A DNA stretch of 44,493 nt, from the NCBI GenBank assembly GCA_000708835.1, contig DF237639.1, positions 1 to 44,493 of the forward strand, read 5' to 3'. This stretch comes from Klebsormidium nitens (Eukaryota; Plantae; Klebsormidiophyceae). How positions within the stretch are numbered: the first letter of the stretch is position 1; each line of letters begins with the position of its first letter. The notes under the pieces are model-generated. The model was not told the DNA's origin, made no database searches, and was given only the letters and a program-made list of their open reading frames with translations. The translations under genes were made by a program, and so were the position numbers. Positions 34,658 through 44,493 of this stretch are shown in pieces.

Positions 34658-36045
34658 ATGGCCACTGCCGCCGCTGCCTGGGCTGCTTCTGGCACACAGC
34701 TGTCATCGTCCATCGCAGGCAGCAGGACGTTGGGGAGCAAGCGGAGCGAGTTTGCTGGGGTGACAACCTCATTGGCAAACCTTTCTCTTAGCAAGCCCGC
34801 TGTTGTACCTTTGGAGCGGTACACTGGACCAGTTGCGAGTGAGTTCATGTTTCCTCGCTGTGCTTCACCGCTTTCTGGGTTTGCAGATCAGTCTTAATAC
34901 TGTTCCAAGAAAGGACTGGGAGAGATCGTTGCTGCCTCACTCTGGCACCCTGACGTTGGCATCGTAGCTTTTGGCTCGGTATTTGGAGGCAGGTAATGGT
35001 ACTAAGGGTGACAATGCAGTCTCTCATACCGGAACCCTAACAAGTCCGACCAAGCAACTGCTGAGTGTGCTGTTCATTGAGTTGCTCAGTCTGCAAGACT
35101 GCTTTGTTGCTCCTTAGGACCTTCATGTCAGGATTAAGGCAGGACTGACCGCAACTGGTTTCAGAAGTTACTGACTCTTGCGTTTAGTCAGCGTCGTCTT
35201 CTGTAGCAAGCGGTTTAGGGTCTTTCATTTTGTGTAAGCCACCAAAGGGACAGGAGAACAAGGAGGCCCAGTTTTTGCCGGCAGCAAGGGAATGCAATGC
35301 ATGAGCCACTGTGATTGTACTTCAGTGCCGCACAATGCCGCCCTTTGTAGACATCTTGCATTTTGATGCTGCATTCTAAGAGGAATGGCCACTAATTTGG
35401 GTGCTTGCAACCTACTGTGAAACCAGCAGTGGATTGAGCTCCACACAGTTAGACTATCAAGGGCACATTGACATGTTTCCGATTAGAACTATGTTCAACG
35501 TGATCAGCAAAGCAAAGGTTGCACGGAAGCTGGTTGTCTTCTGGAAGCAGAGATTCTTTCTTGGCAGCTTTTCTACCGGTTTCATCAGCTCTGATTTTGC
35601 TGTAGAAAATCAATGAGACTCAAATTACAGGCGCATTTGTGACCAATTTAATCCAGTTATTTTTTGATGTTGGACAGATTGTTTCCAGGTTAGAGAAGCC
35701 TTTCAGCGGACTGATGGGCGAGCTTCCATCTCAACAAGAAGATTCAACTTAGAGGCCGCCTCATTGTGAGGTTCTGACATAGTATTCTACGCATCTTGTG
35801 CAGAGCGGGTATGCGACTTGACGGGCAAGAAAGCTAACAACAAGATGATTGTGACATTTTCTCACAAGCGTATCCACAAACTGCAACAACCGAACCTGTT
35901 CATGAAAAGACTATGGTGGGAGAAGAAGGGCAAATTCGTCCGCATGAAGCTTTCAGCTTCAGCAATCAAGTCAGTGGATAAGCACGGGTTGGAAGAGATG
36001 GCAAAGAAGGCAGGTCTTGACCTTAATGATTACATCAGCGCATAA
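34658..36045 (+). CDS. RPL28: 50S ribosomal protein L28 (bL28), nucleus-encoded, probably plastid-targeted
   Basis: Exons 34658-34838 (Ala/Ser-rich transit peptide with SEFAG) and 35804-36045: KRVCDLTGKKANN..VTFSH..KLQQPNLFMKRLWW..FVRMKLSASAIKSVDKHGL. Confidence 0.93.
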
Positions 36046-36985
36046 TAGAACATACTCATATACGGAAAACTTTCATATGAGGGGACTTGGTAGAACAAGG
36101 ATCAAAGAGGTCGAAGTTGAAAGCTTAAGGAGCAAGTCCTGGTCCTAGTACAGAATAGCACGGAGCGCTAGCCCACGCCTTTCATAAAGCAAACGTATTT
36201 GAGGGTCAGACTGCCTCCTGGATCGAGGCCTGGCTGGTTCTCTAATGTGACCTTTCGATTGTCACTCTGATATACAGTCTTCTATGTGCTTAGCAGCACC
36301 GCGGATGTATCTCGATCAGAAGCGATTATTGTTATCCCTGCAGTCGACCAGATTGTCTTGAAAGTATCTCAACCGGCTACCTTTTGATCTGCGCATGATG
36401 ACGATCGAAGTTCGCTAGTGACCCTCTCCTTTGGTGCTCTCGTATTCAAGATAATTTGGAGTATGCTGAAATACCGCATGCCGGTCTGCCAGCCGGTATA
36501 GCTGGTCACAACTGCACATCTAGACGACTTATCCATTTGTAAGAATCAAAGCTTTGGCTCTTTGCAAGCTGCTGCTGCAATGATATGCACAAAGCATTTT
36601 GCATACTAAATCATTGCCGGTACTACTACACAAAATATTTCCCAGCCGTCCATGCAACCTGACTACAAAGACAATGATGCAACGACGCACATGCCATCAA
36701 CATCGAACCAATCCAATCTTGGACATGCACTGAATGCATCATGCTTTTGTCACCTAGCAAATCCTTTTCAATTCCGCAGGGCAATCTTTGAAACTTTGGC
36801 AGACCCCGGGTCCCATGGAGGCACTCTCAAGCAAATGGCCAAAGCACGGCACGAATGTGAGCGCTTCTAGATGCCCAATGTAGCTTTCCGTTTGATGAGT
36901 CTCGCGGCTGACGAGACAATTGAGCAACGTACTTATGGTTAGCCGCTCTAGTACGCGGGTGTGGATTCCGACCTGAAAATGCACC

Positions 36986-39900
36986 TTACATGTAGCCTAG
37001 CCACCGAAGCAAGACGGCCACGAATAGAACTACGATGGCCAGGATAATCAGAGGTCGAGCCAGCAACCAGTCCCGAGCTGCCCTGGCAGTCGTCCCCACG
37101 CGCTGCATGCGGTCTGCCCAGACCATCTGCAACAATCGATTGCAAGTTTAAAATCGTTTCAGTGGTCATGGCAACAAAGGCGAATAGGATGCTTGGAAGA
37201 AAATCATTCCGTCTGCAACAAACAAGAAACATGTTAACTGTGCAGGTGGACAACGTCCACAATCCCCCTTCCTGAAAAGGGAATCAAACCCTCTCACACC
37301 ACTGTGCAAGCATCGGTAAATCTTACCATGGTTTGGATGTCCTTCTCACTGAGCCCTTTCATTGCCTCTGCTGCTTTCTCGGCCTGCTCCGGGGTCATCT
37401 TCAGGCCCGCTTGCGCGCCCATGGACTGGAGCATCTCAGGGCTCAAATTCTTCATCATCTCCGCAGCCATCTGCAGGGACCAACGAACGCGGGCATGGAA
37501 ACATCACAAGAGTTCTTACAAGCAGTCAGCAGATAGCTTCGGAAGCCTGAGCCTAACGGCCCACAGCCTTCTGAGAAAGTATATATTCAATGCAGGCGAG
37601 ACAAGAGAATAAGGACAAATCATATACAAATCTTCAATCTTCTTAAGAATCAAGCCCCAACACTCCCTCCGGAAATCCTGTCAAGACTCAGACTCAAGGC
37701 TTTCCTTACCTTCATCATCTGCGGATCCTTCAGCTTTTCCTTCATGTCGCCCATCGAAGACGGGTCCATTCCAGCAAAAGGAGAACCCGAGGTGCTTGCG
37801 CAGCCACTGGCGCCCGCAGCCTCCGTCTGTCAGACGTAACAGACTGTCAGCACCTGATGCCCCGCGGAACCTTTGACACGGCTGAACTCATGCAAGCTGA
37901 ACACCACTTAGCAGCTACAGGCAAGAGAAGAGGACAAACAATGTCGACGTGTGCCTCACCATCCTCTGCATGTCCTCGGGCTTCATGTTCTTCATGCTTT
38001 CCATGGCCATCTTGGCCATCTCGGGCGTAATGCTCATGCCCATGGACGCGCTCATAGCGGCCATAGTTTCGGGGGACATGGACGACATCATGTCACCCAC
38101 CGCCTGCAAGCGTGATACCAGATGACGTCAGCTTCTGATGAGTCGTGTGAATCCAGGAGGGTTGCTTGGTAGACAGAACTGAAAATCCTCCGTGATCCGA
38201 GAATACATATTGTCGACGTCGTCCAGACCCTCAAATAACGACAAGGGAAAGAAACCACGCCTCAAGATTCAAAAACGCCTTTCCAAGCTTCGCTACTGAA
38301 TAAATCCGTCCAAATCATGCTGCAAAGACGAAGTGGTCACCCTCTTTGTCGACTATGTTCCCCTCGTCCCCGGATCCGTTTACCCTGTCACGATCACAAT
38401 ATCGAAGTCTTTGTTGCCTGTACTGCAGCTTTGTTTGCAACGGTGCTGCGGTTACTTGCAGAACGTTGCTCATCTGCACAATTTGGAGCGCCAGAGAAAA
38501 GTACCAGCAGAACAAGAGAAGGCCTCGCAAAGGGGCGCATGTCGCTGGTCGTTGGCCTGCTGCCTCACCTTCATTGCCGCCGGGTCCTTGAACTTCTCCT
38601 GCACTGACGCCAGCATCTCGGGCGTCATGGGAGGCCTTTGAAAGCTAGGCGGTGGTGCTGCCGGCGGTTCTGCTCTGGTGGCTCCTGCCGTGCGAATCTC
38701 CTCCACCTCGTCGTCGCTCTCGACGGCCCCGTCCTCCACCTTCGCCTTCCCGTTCGGTTTGCTGGTCCCCGGCTTCCTCTGGTGATCAATCCGGATGACT
38801 TTCTTGGCAGGGTCTGCAGCTTTCGCTCCGCTGCCAGAGGCTGCATCAGCGGCCGGTTTACTTCGGGTCGCCGCACTGGCAGCTGAGGGGCTGGGGTTCG
38901 CCTGACTAGCAGGCCCTGCGAAGCCTTGCATGTGAGATGCAAGCTCCGCCTGCCGCTGGAAATTCTGCATCGGGCACGGAACATTTCTGAACAGATTTCA
39001 CAAATAGAGCGGAAAGCCAGAGCCCACCAATTGACAATTGACGTTACGAAGAGCGTCTGGCAAGGATGGAAAGGCATCATAGCTTTCAAGCAGCCAGACT
39101 GATATAGCTCGTTCGCTGAGCAGCGTCAAGAACTTGACACCCAGTCGCCAGAGACAGCCCTCACCTCCGGGGATAAGGACTTCAGCTGTTCCTGAGTCTG
39201 CCGCGCCATCTCAGGGGTGATTCCTGGCGTCATTGATGCAATTACTTCCGGCGACATGTCCGCCATCATCTTGTGCATGTTCTTGAGAGTTTCTGGATCC
39301 ATCTGTTTCATCATTTCAAGGCTCCTCTTCACCGTGTCGCTGTCAGGAGAGGAACCTGGTGGTATGCTAGGAGGAGCTCCTAAAGTTTCTGCACCCGTTG
39401 GCGCACTTGAGGTTGTAGCCGCTCTTTTGGTAGGCTCTGCAACTGGGGACTCTGCAGACAAAGAGAAAAACATTACGACCGTGCACCAGCAGCCGTTTCT
39501 ACCGCGGGGAGCAAGCTTCGCAGGTGAAAACGACGAGCTTCTGACAAAGACAAGCCGTCCTGCATGGCATGGTGACGTGTGCGTGCCATGCTGAGGTAAC
39601 TGGAAGCTGACATCCGCCTCAAACCTGTACTCAACTTCGCTGTGGATCCCGGGCTCGGAGCTCTCTGAACGTTGCTTCGCCAGAGCCTCCTTCACTTCCC
39701 TGCCAATAGAAGGGTTTCTGACCTGAATCGTCTGAGACTGAGTGAGCGATAGTAAACATTGCCAGCAACCGTTGCAGCAATGAGCAGTTCAGTTCAGGGG
39801 AGCCATAAGCTTCTGAAAATCTACTACAATTTGAAACATCTTTCACCAAATTCGAGTCAGCGTTGCACCTACTCGATTTCGACATGAGTGGAGGAACTTA

Positions 39901-41883
39901 CTGAGCGGCGTTTCGAACTGTCTCGTCGTCAGGGTCTATTTGGGAGGCCTTCTTCAGGTCGGTAAGGGCTAGCTGTAGTGCAGTTGAGGAAAGCAGGTGA
40001 GTCTTGAGTCGTAAACCACCTTGTGACAAGAAGAAGCAATAGCCTTCGGCACGGACATTAAACCCGGCACTGCGAAGGTCCAAACAAGCATTGCCTTGTT
40101 ACCTGCAGCTTCCCCAATGCTCTGTGGGCTTGACCTCTTCGATACAGAGCTTTCAAGTTGCTTGGATCTGTCCGCAGGACCTGCATTCAAGAAGGTGGTG
40201 ACACTGTAAGGCAGGGGTCAACTATCGAGAGGACTACTGTACAATCACAGCAGTCAACCGAAGAGGCAGTTTTGATTGTTCAAAAAAGGCGTCATTTGAT
40301 GAAAGCAGACATGCTCCATGCCAGTGTGTATGGGCACGAGTCATTTGCCTGACAAACGTCTTACCTCTGACCCTTCCCGGACTGCTTCCTCGTTCTGTCC
40401 AGTCCGGAGATAGCAGATAAGCAGGTTAAGGGAACAGGATGTTTTCAACGTCCGTGCTTCCACAGATTCGTGCCCCTCCAGATTCGACTTGGCCTGGGGA
40501 GAAAGATGCGGGTACTGAGGGCCTAGAACGAACACGTCTACAGTTCAAGCCACAATGAAGGGCCCTCTCAACACAATGATCACAATCAAGTATTATTCCA
40601 AGTGGAGAGGGGTTGACGCTGCAACAGTTTCTCCAACCTGACTGAGAACAATCAACCGGAGCTTGCCAGATGTTATGCTGAGCTCACCTTCAGATACTTT
40701 TGGGATGCTTCCCCATGCTTGCCAGAGGAGACAAGTTGGTTTCCCTGGCAAAACCACACAACATCTCCTGAGAACATTGATAACTCCCTCCAGCACAAAT
40801 GACTTAGTGCACAGGACGAGAACGCCAAGAACAGGTATCTGTAGCCCCTGGCGAATTCCTGAATGCTCAGCTTGGCTTTTGTCTGCATGTAAGATCGCTT
40901 TGATCAAGAGCTACACATTCTCCAGGACAAGAAAACTGGACATACCTCAGCTTTTAGCTTCTGCGCTACCTTCAAGTCATACTGACGACGAGCTCCTGTA
41001 TGTTCCTCAAGAATCGCAGCATTCCGCAGTAGGTCATCTGAGTTTTCCATACCAGCCCCCATCTCCTTGAGCTGCTCAGGTGAGAATTGCTTCAACTGTC
41101 ATGCAACAAGCAACATGCACTTTAGAATGCAAGATATGGATAGGACCCGTTGATAAGTGCCACAGCTCGCCTGTCATACACATCATGTAAGGCCATCATT
41201 GATGAAAGGTCATGCCCGGCTGAAATCTATAAACTTGAAATGGTTTCAGCTGCCCAGAATTTGAACAAACATATCACTAACATGTTTGTAGCTAAGTGCT
41301 CGTCGGCACGGCAAAGAACAGCTAGAACCACTTTTGAAGTTGCATCCCTCTTTTCTGTGACTTGAACAGATGACAAAAATCTCTGAGTTTAAGCTGCAGA
41401 ATCCTGATCAATGAAAGGCAAGGTGATTGAATCAACAATGACCTCATAAATTCTGAATAGATGCTCCAGCGGACACATACCTGCTCGCTTGCCATCCTCA
41501 TGTCCTCGGGTCTCAAGGATTGCATGTTCCGTGCAGCAGAAGCCATCACGCTTGGATCCATACTTGCTGCAAGTTGCTGAATTCTTGCAATCTCCTCTGG
41601 CGACATCCGCTGCATCTGTAAAGATGGTCAACAAACCTGTGTCAACCGAAGAAACGAACCAAAAATATTTTCAGAGATGACAAGTTGGCGCAGTTGCTCT
41701 CATAAAAAAGCTGTCTCATCCAAAGCAATGGGCATCCAAAACAAGATAAGTTCTCCCTCTTTACACCCCTCGTCAAGGTAAACTGTCAAAGGCTATGGAA
41801 ACTTTTAGTGGCAATTCCTCAGACAGATGAGACACTGAAAAGCCTACCTGCTCAGCGGCAAACTTGATCATCTCTGGATTCAT
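36986..41883 (-). CDS. OEP61: Outer envelope protein 61 (TPR co-chaperone receptor with STI1-like Met-rich repeats and C-terminal tail anchor)
   Basis: Exons include 41848-41883 (MNPEMIKFAAEQ), 41481-41615, 40946-41095, 40688-40744, 40365-40493 (CSLNLLICYL), 40103-40180 (NLKALYRRGQAH), 39902-39972 and several MSPE/MDP-rich exons. The last exon ends LLARPLIILAIVVLFVAVLLRWLGYM* at 36986. Confidence 0.9.
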
Positions 41884-42321
41884 TATGATTGTAACGTGTT
41901 TGAAGATGCAAAATCCAACGATGTACTCTTCTGAGTATTAATGCCAAATGCACGCCTGCTGGGTCTCCAAACGATGCAACCCAGAAGGCCCGAGGTACTT
42001 GGAATTTATGTACTCCTCTGTTCTGATAGTGAAGGGGGACTCCTTTCGGATTACGGTGTAGGAGCTCCTCTTATTACTATTAGGTAGTCTCCCTGGCCTC
42101 ATGATGTGAGATGAATGTGAGCGCTGAGGATTCGGAGTTGGAGCCTGTGTGGCGGGCGCCGGGCAGCTCAGCCTCTACAGTCTATAGACTAAAGGCTACA
42201 GCCTACGACGACAGAAGTCCGGGGCCATTTCCTACTGCAACTAGAATTGACTGATTTCTTCGCTGTACAAAGGAACGGTAATCTTAAAGGTAACTCTTAT
42301 CCAATCCAATCGACGCGAGTC

Positions 42322-43281
42322 NNNNNNNNNNNNNNNNNNNNNNNNNNNNNNNNNNNNNNNNNNNNNNNNNNNNNNNNNNNNNNNNNNNNNNNNNNNNNNN
42401 NNNNNNNNNNNNNNNNNNNNNNNNNNNNNNNNNNNNNNNNNNNNNNNNNNNNNNNNNNNNNNNNNNNNNNNNNNNNNNNNNNNNNNNNNNNNNNNNNNNN
42501 NNNNNNNNNNNNNNNNNNNNNNNNNNNNNNNNNNNNNNNNNNNNNNNNNNNNNNNNNNNNNNNNNNNNNNNNNNNNNNNNNNNNNNNNNNNNNNNNNNNN
42601 NNNNNNNNNNNNNNNNNNNNNNNNNNNNNNNNNNNNNNNNNNNNNNNNNNNNNNNNNNNNNNNNNNNNNNNNNNNNNNNNNNNNNNNNNNNNNNNNNNNN
42701 NNNNNNNNNNNNNNNNNNNNNNNNNNNNNNNNNNNNNNNNNNNNNNNNNNNNNNNNNNNNNNNNNNNNNNNNNNNNNNNNNNNNNNNNNNNNNNNNNNNN
42801 NNNNNNNNNNNNNNNNNNNNNNNNNNNNNNNNNNNNNNNNNNNNNNNNNNNNNNNNNNNNNNNNNNNNNNNNNNNNNNNNNNNNNNNNNNNNNNNNNNNN
42901 NNNNNNNNNNNNNNNNNNNNNNNNNNNNNNNNNNNNNNNNNNNNNNNNNNNNNNNNNNNNNNNNNNNNNNNNNNNNNNNNNNNNNNNNNNNNNNNNNNNN
43001 NNNNNNNNNNNNNNNNNNNNNNNNNNNNNNNNNNNNNNNNNNNNNNNNNNNNNNNNNNNNNNNNNNNNNNNNNNNNNNNNNNNNNNNNNNNNNNNNNNNN
43101 NNNNNNNNNNNNNNNNNNNNNNNNNNNNNNNNNNNNNNNNNNNNNNNNNNNNNNNNNNNNNNNNNNNNNNNNNNNNNNNNNNNNNNNNNNNNNNNNNNNN
43201 NNNNNNNNNNNNNNNNNNNNNNNNNNNNNNNNNNNNNNNNNNNNNNNNNNNNNNNNNNNNNNNNNNNNNNNNNNNNNNNNN
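42322..43281. other. Assembly gap (960 N)
   Basis: Run of N; the long X-filled ORFs here are artefacts. Confidence 1.
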
Positions 43282-44287
43282 GAGCAAGGAGTCTCGTGGG
43301 AAAGCCACCGCATCTTCAGAAGGTACGGCGTGCAGGACGCCCTTCTCACACGGAGAAGGCACTCGTGGGTTGGGGGGAGGCACCACCGCTTCCCAACGGT
43401 CCGTGTTGTAGGCTGATTGGCAGCCTGCAAGACAGCAGTTTAGCGGTGTTGGATGCGCAGTTTAGCGCCTTAGAGCTTAGAACTGAGACGTGTCTAAGCA
43501 GGGGCTGTGAGCGCCGCACGAGACGGCCGTAAGTCATCGTCAGCTGGACAGTGGCAGGGCTGTCCAGGTCTGCTTGCTGTTTGTTGTTTGGCGGAGTTTC
43601 TTGGGGTTTATAGTCTCCAAGGCTGATTTCCTGTTGGGCGCACTTTCTTGCGTGCTTGGAGACTGTCTTGGGGGACTTACGCAGGGTTTTGAGTAGGGCT
43701 TTTACAGCCAGGGCTGGTTGCTGTCGGGCGCACCATTTCCTGGTGCTTGGGTATTGATTTGGTGCGCTTTGCGCAGCGTTTGGCTGGGACTTTTGCCGCC
43801 GGCAGCAGGTTGCGTCAGATCTGATCTGGCGCCAGTTTTCAGCGCTTCTTACGGACCAGTCAGCAGGCTTTTGAGCAGGGTTTTTGACCTCAGGACTGTC
43901 CTACTGGCGCATGTACCTTTACGGACGCTGCCGGGCTGTTTTGCGCACCACACACATACTTTTGCGGCGTTCTTTTCAGCACTTTAGCAGGGATAGTAGC
44001 GCTGCTCCCTGTCGCCAGCTTCGCATTGCTGAGAACGCTTCTGTGTATGCTCTTGACGGAGTGTATTGACAGTCTGTGTCACAGAGGACGCGTGGTTTTC
44101 TTTTGGTGTGAAGGGAGCGCGTGCTTTTGTTCTGTCTGGCAGGGAAGGACGAATACAGCGGCGCCAGGACTACGCACATCCGCGTTCGTGGCAGCAAGTG
44201 CCCTTACTGTTGAGCCCTGTCAGACTGCAGTAATCAGCATACCTGCACACTAAACTTCTGTGAGAAATCCTTCCAAAATGGCAGGGC

Positions 44288-44493
44288 ATGGCGAACATTC
44301 AGGAGCGCGCACCTGACGTCCCAATTGCTGACGACGCTGACGACAATTTCAGTGATCTTAACGCGGACGAAGGCGAGGAAAACCCCCAAGATCCTGCAGC
44401 TGCAGCTCAGCGCCAGCGCAACCGCCGCAATCGCCATCGCCGCCGTGGTCGACGCAACAACCACGGTCAGGGCAACAACAACAATCAGCAAGG
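44288..44493 (+). CDS. 5' end of an unidentified ORF running off the window (acidic then Arg/Asn-rich; possibly a retroelement ORF1/gag)
   Basis: ATG 44288: MANIQERAPDVPIADDADDNFSDLNADEGEENPQDPAAAAQRQRNRRNRHRRRGRRNNHGQGNNNNQQ, open to the window end. Confidence 0.4.
   Translation, partial: MANIQERAPDVPIADDADDNFSDLNADEGEENPQDPAAAAQRQRNRRNRHRRRGRRNNHGQGNNNNQQ

Noticed and set aside
34839-35803. snoRNA in the long RPL28 intron
   Set aside because: No convincing C/D or H/ACA box arrangement seen.
36390-36470. Possible box C/D snoRNA (ATGATGA..CTGA)
   Set aside because: No terminal stem and no rRNA complementarity I can verify; the boxes are short enough to be chance.
42241-43430. Three ORFs of 377-389 aa
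   Set aside because: They consist almost entirely of N-gap translation.

Overview
Intron-rich eukaryotic genomic DNA with GC-rich exons, GT-AG introns and both plastid- and mitochondrion-targeted plant-type genes. It is most consistent with a streptophyte green alga such as Klebsormidium (inference). The window has two parts. (1) ~1-20 kb is an accessory or mobile island. It holds a spliced Mutator/ISL3-like DDE transposase with a long Pro-rich tandem repeat, an antisense PrimPol-type AEP primase fragment inside one of its introns, and a Crinkler-like gene (tandem Zn finger, Ubl-like, PD-(D/E)xK nuclease, FunK1-like kinase). It also holds a decayed but intron-bearing virus/plasmid-type Prim-Pol + Zn-binding + D5_N primase gene, whose introns and upstream region carry about 9 copies of an ~80 bp site with fixed internal geometry. 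(2) ~20.3-41.9 kb is an ordinary housekeeping cluster: DPM2, a hypothetical gene, a CBE1/At4g01290-like gene, SDH5, plastid RPL28 and OEP61. A 960-N gap follows, then the start of an unidentified ORF. All family assignments come from motif recognition by eye; no searches were run.
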